This document shows, in pieces, positions 63,858-64,000 of a stretch of DNA of 64,000 bases. The translations under genes were made by a program, and so were the position numbers. The stretch is from Eledone cirrhosa. Taxonomy: Eukaryota. Positions within the stretch are counted from its first letter, which is position 1. Each line of letters starts with the position of its first letter. The notes below the pieces were generated by a model. That model ran no database searches and was not told the DNA's origin. It worked only from the letters and a program-made list of their open reading frames with translations. Where the stretch lies: NCBI GenBank assembly GCA_964016885.1, contig OZ024743.1, positions 227,974,001-228,038,000 of the forward strand. Direction: 5' to 3'.

Positions 63858-64000
63858 TTATATATAATTATTTAATACAATAACAGAGATAGCTTAACGC
63901 TAAACTCCGACTGGTAACCATCTCACTCAACAAACATTAGGTTATATGTTAGTATAACCCAATTTAAGTGTTTGGGGTGCTAACTATATGTATTTGTGGA

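Overview
AT-rich animal genomic DNA. The SINE/LINE repertoire and very long compound (TA)/(CA) microsatellites suggest an octopod cephalopod (inference). No intact host protein-coding gene is recognisable, and almost all ORFs in the track are microsatellite artefacts. The first ~7.1 kb is a nested retroelement cluster. It starts with the 3' end of a Penelope-like element (PLE): the C-terminal GIY-YIG motif, then a pLTR with a minimal hammerhead-ribozyme motif. Five pLTR pieces occur in alternating orientation, including an identical ~170-bp inverted pair bracketing the block, and two disabled RTE-clade LINE fragments carry a PHD-like C4HC3 finger inside the RT domain. The rest is intergenic or intronic: many tRNA-derived SINEs, several fold-back hairpins, a templated local insertion, and a strong CpG-enriched CCAAT/octamer/TATA promoter at ~40.1-40.2 kb with clustered TEAD-type and TCF-type motifs but no recognisable downstream coding exon.
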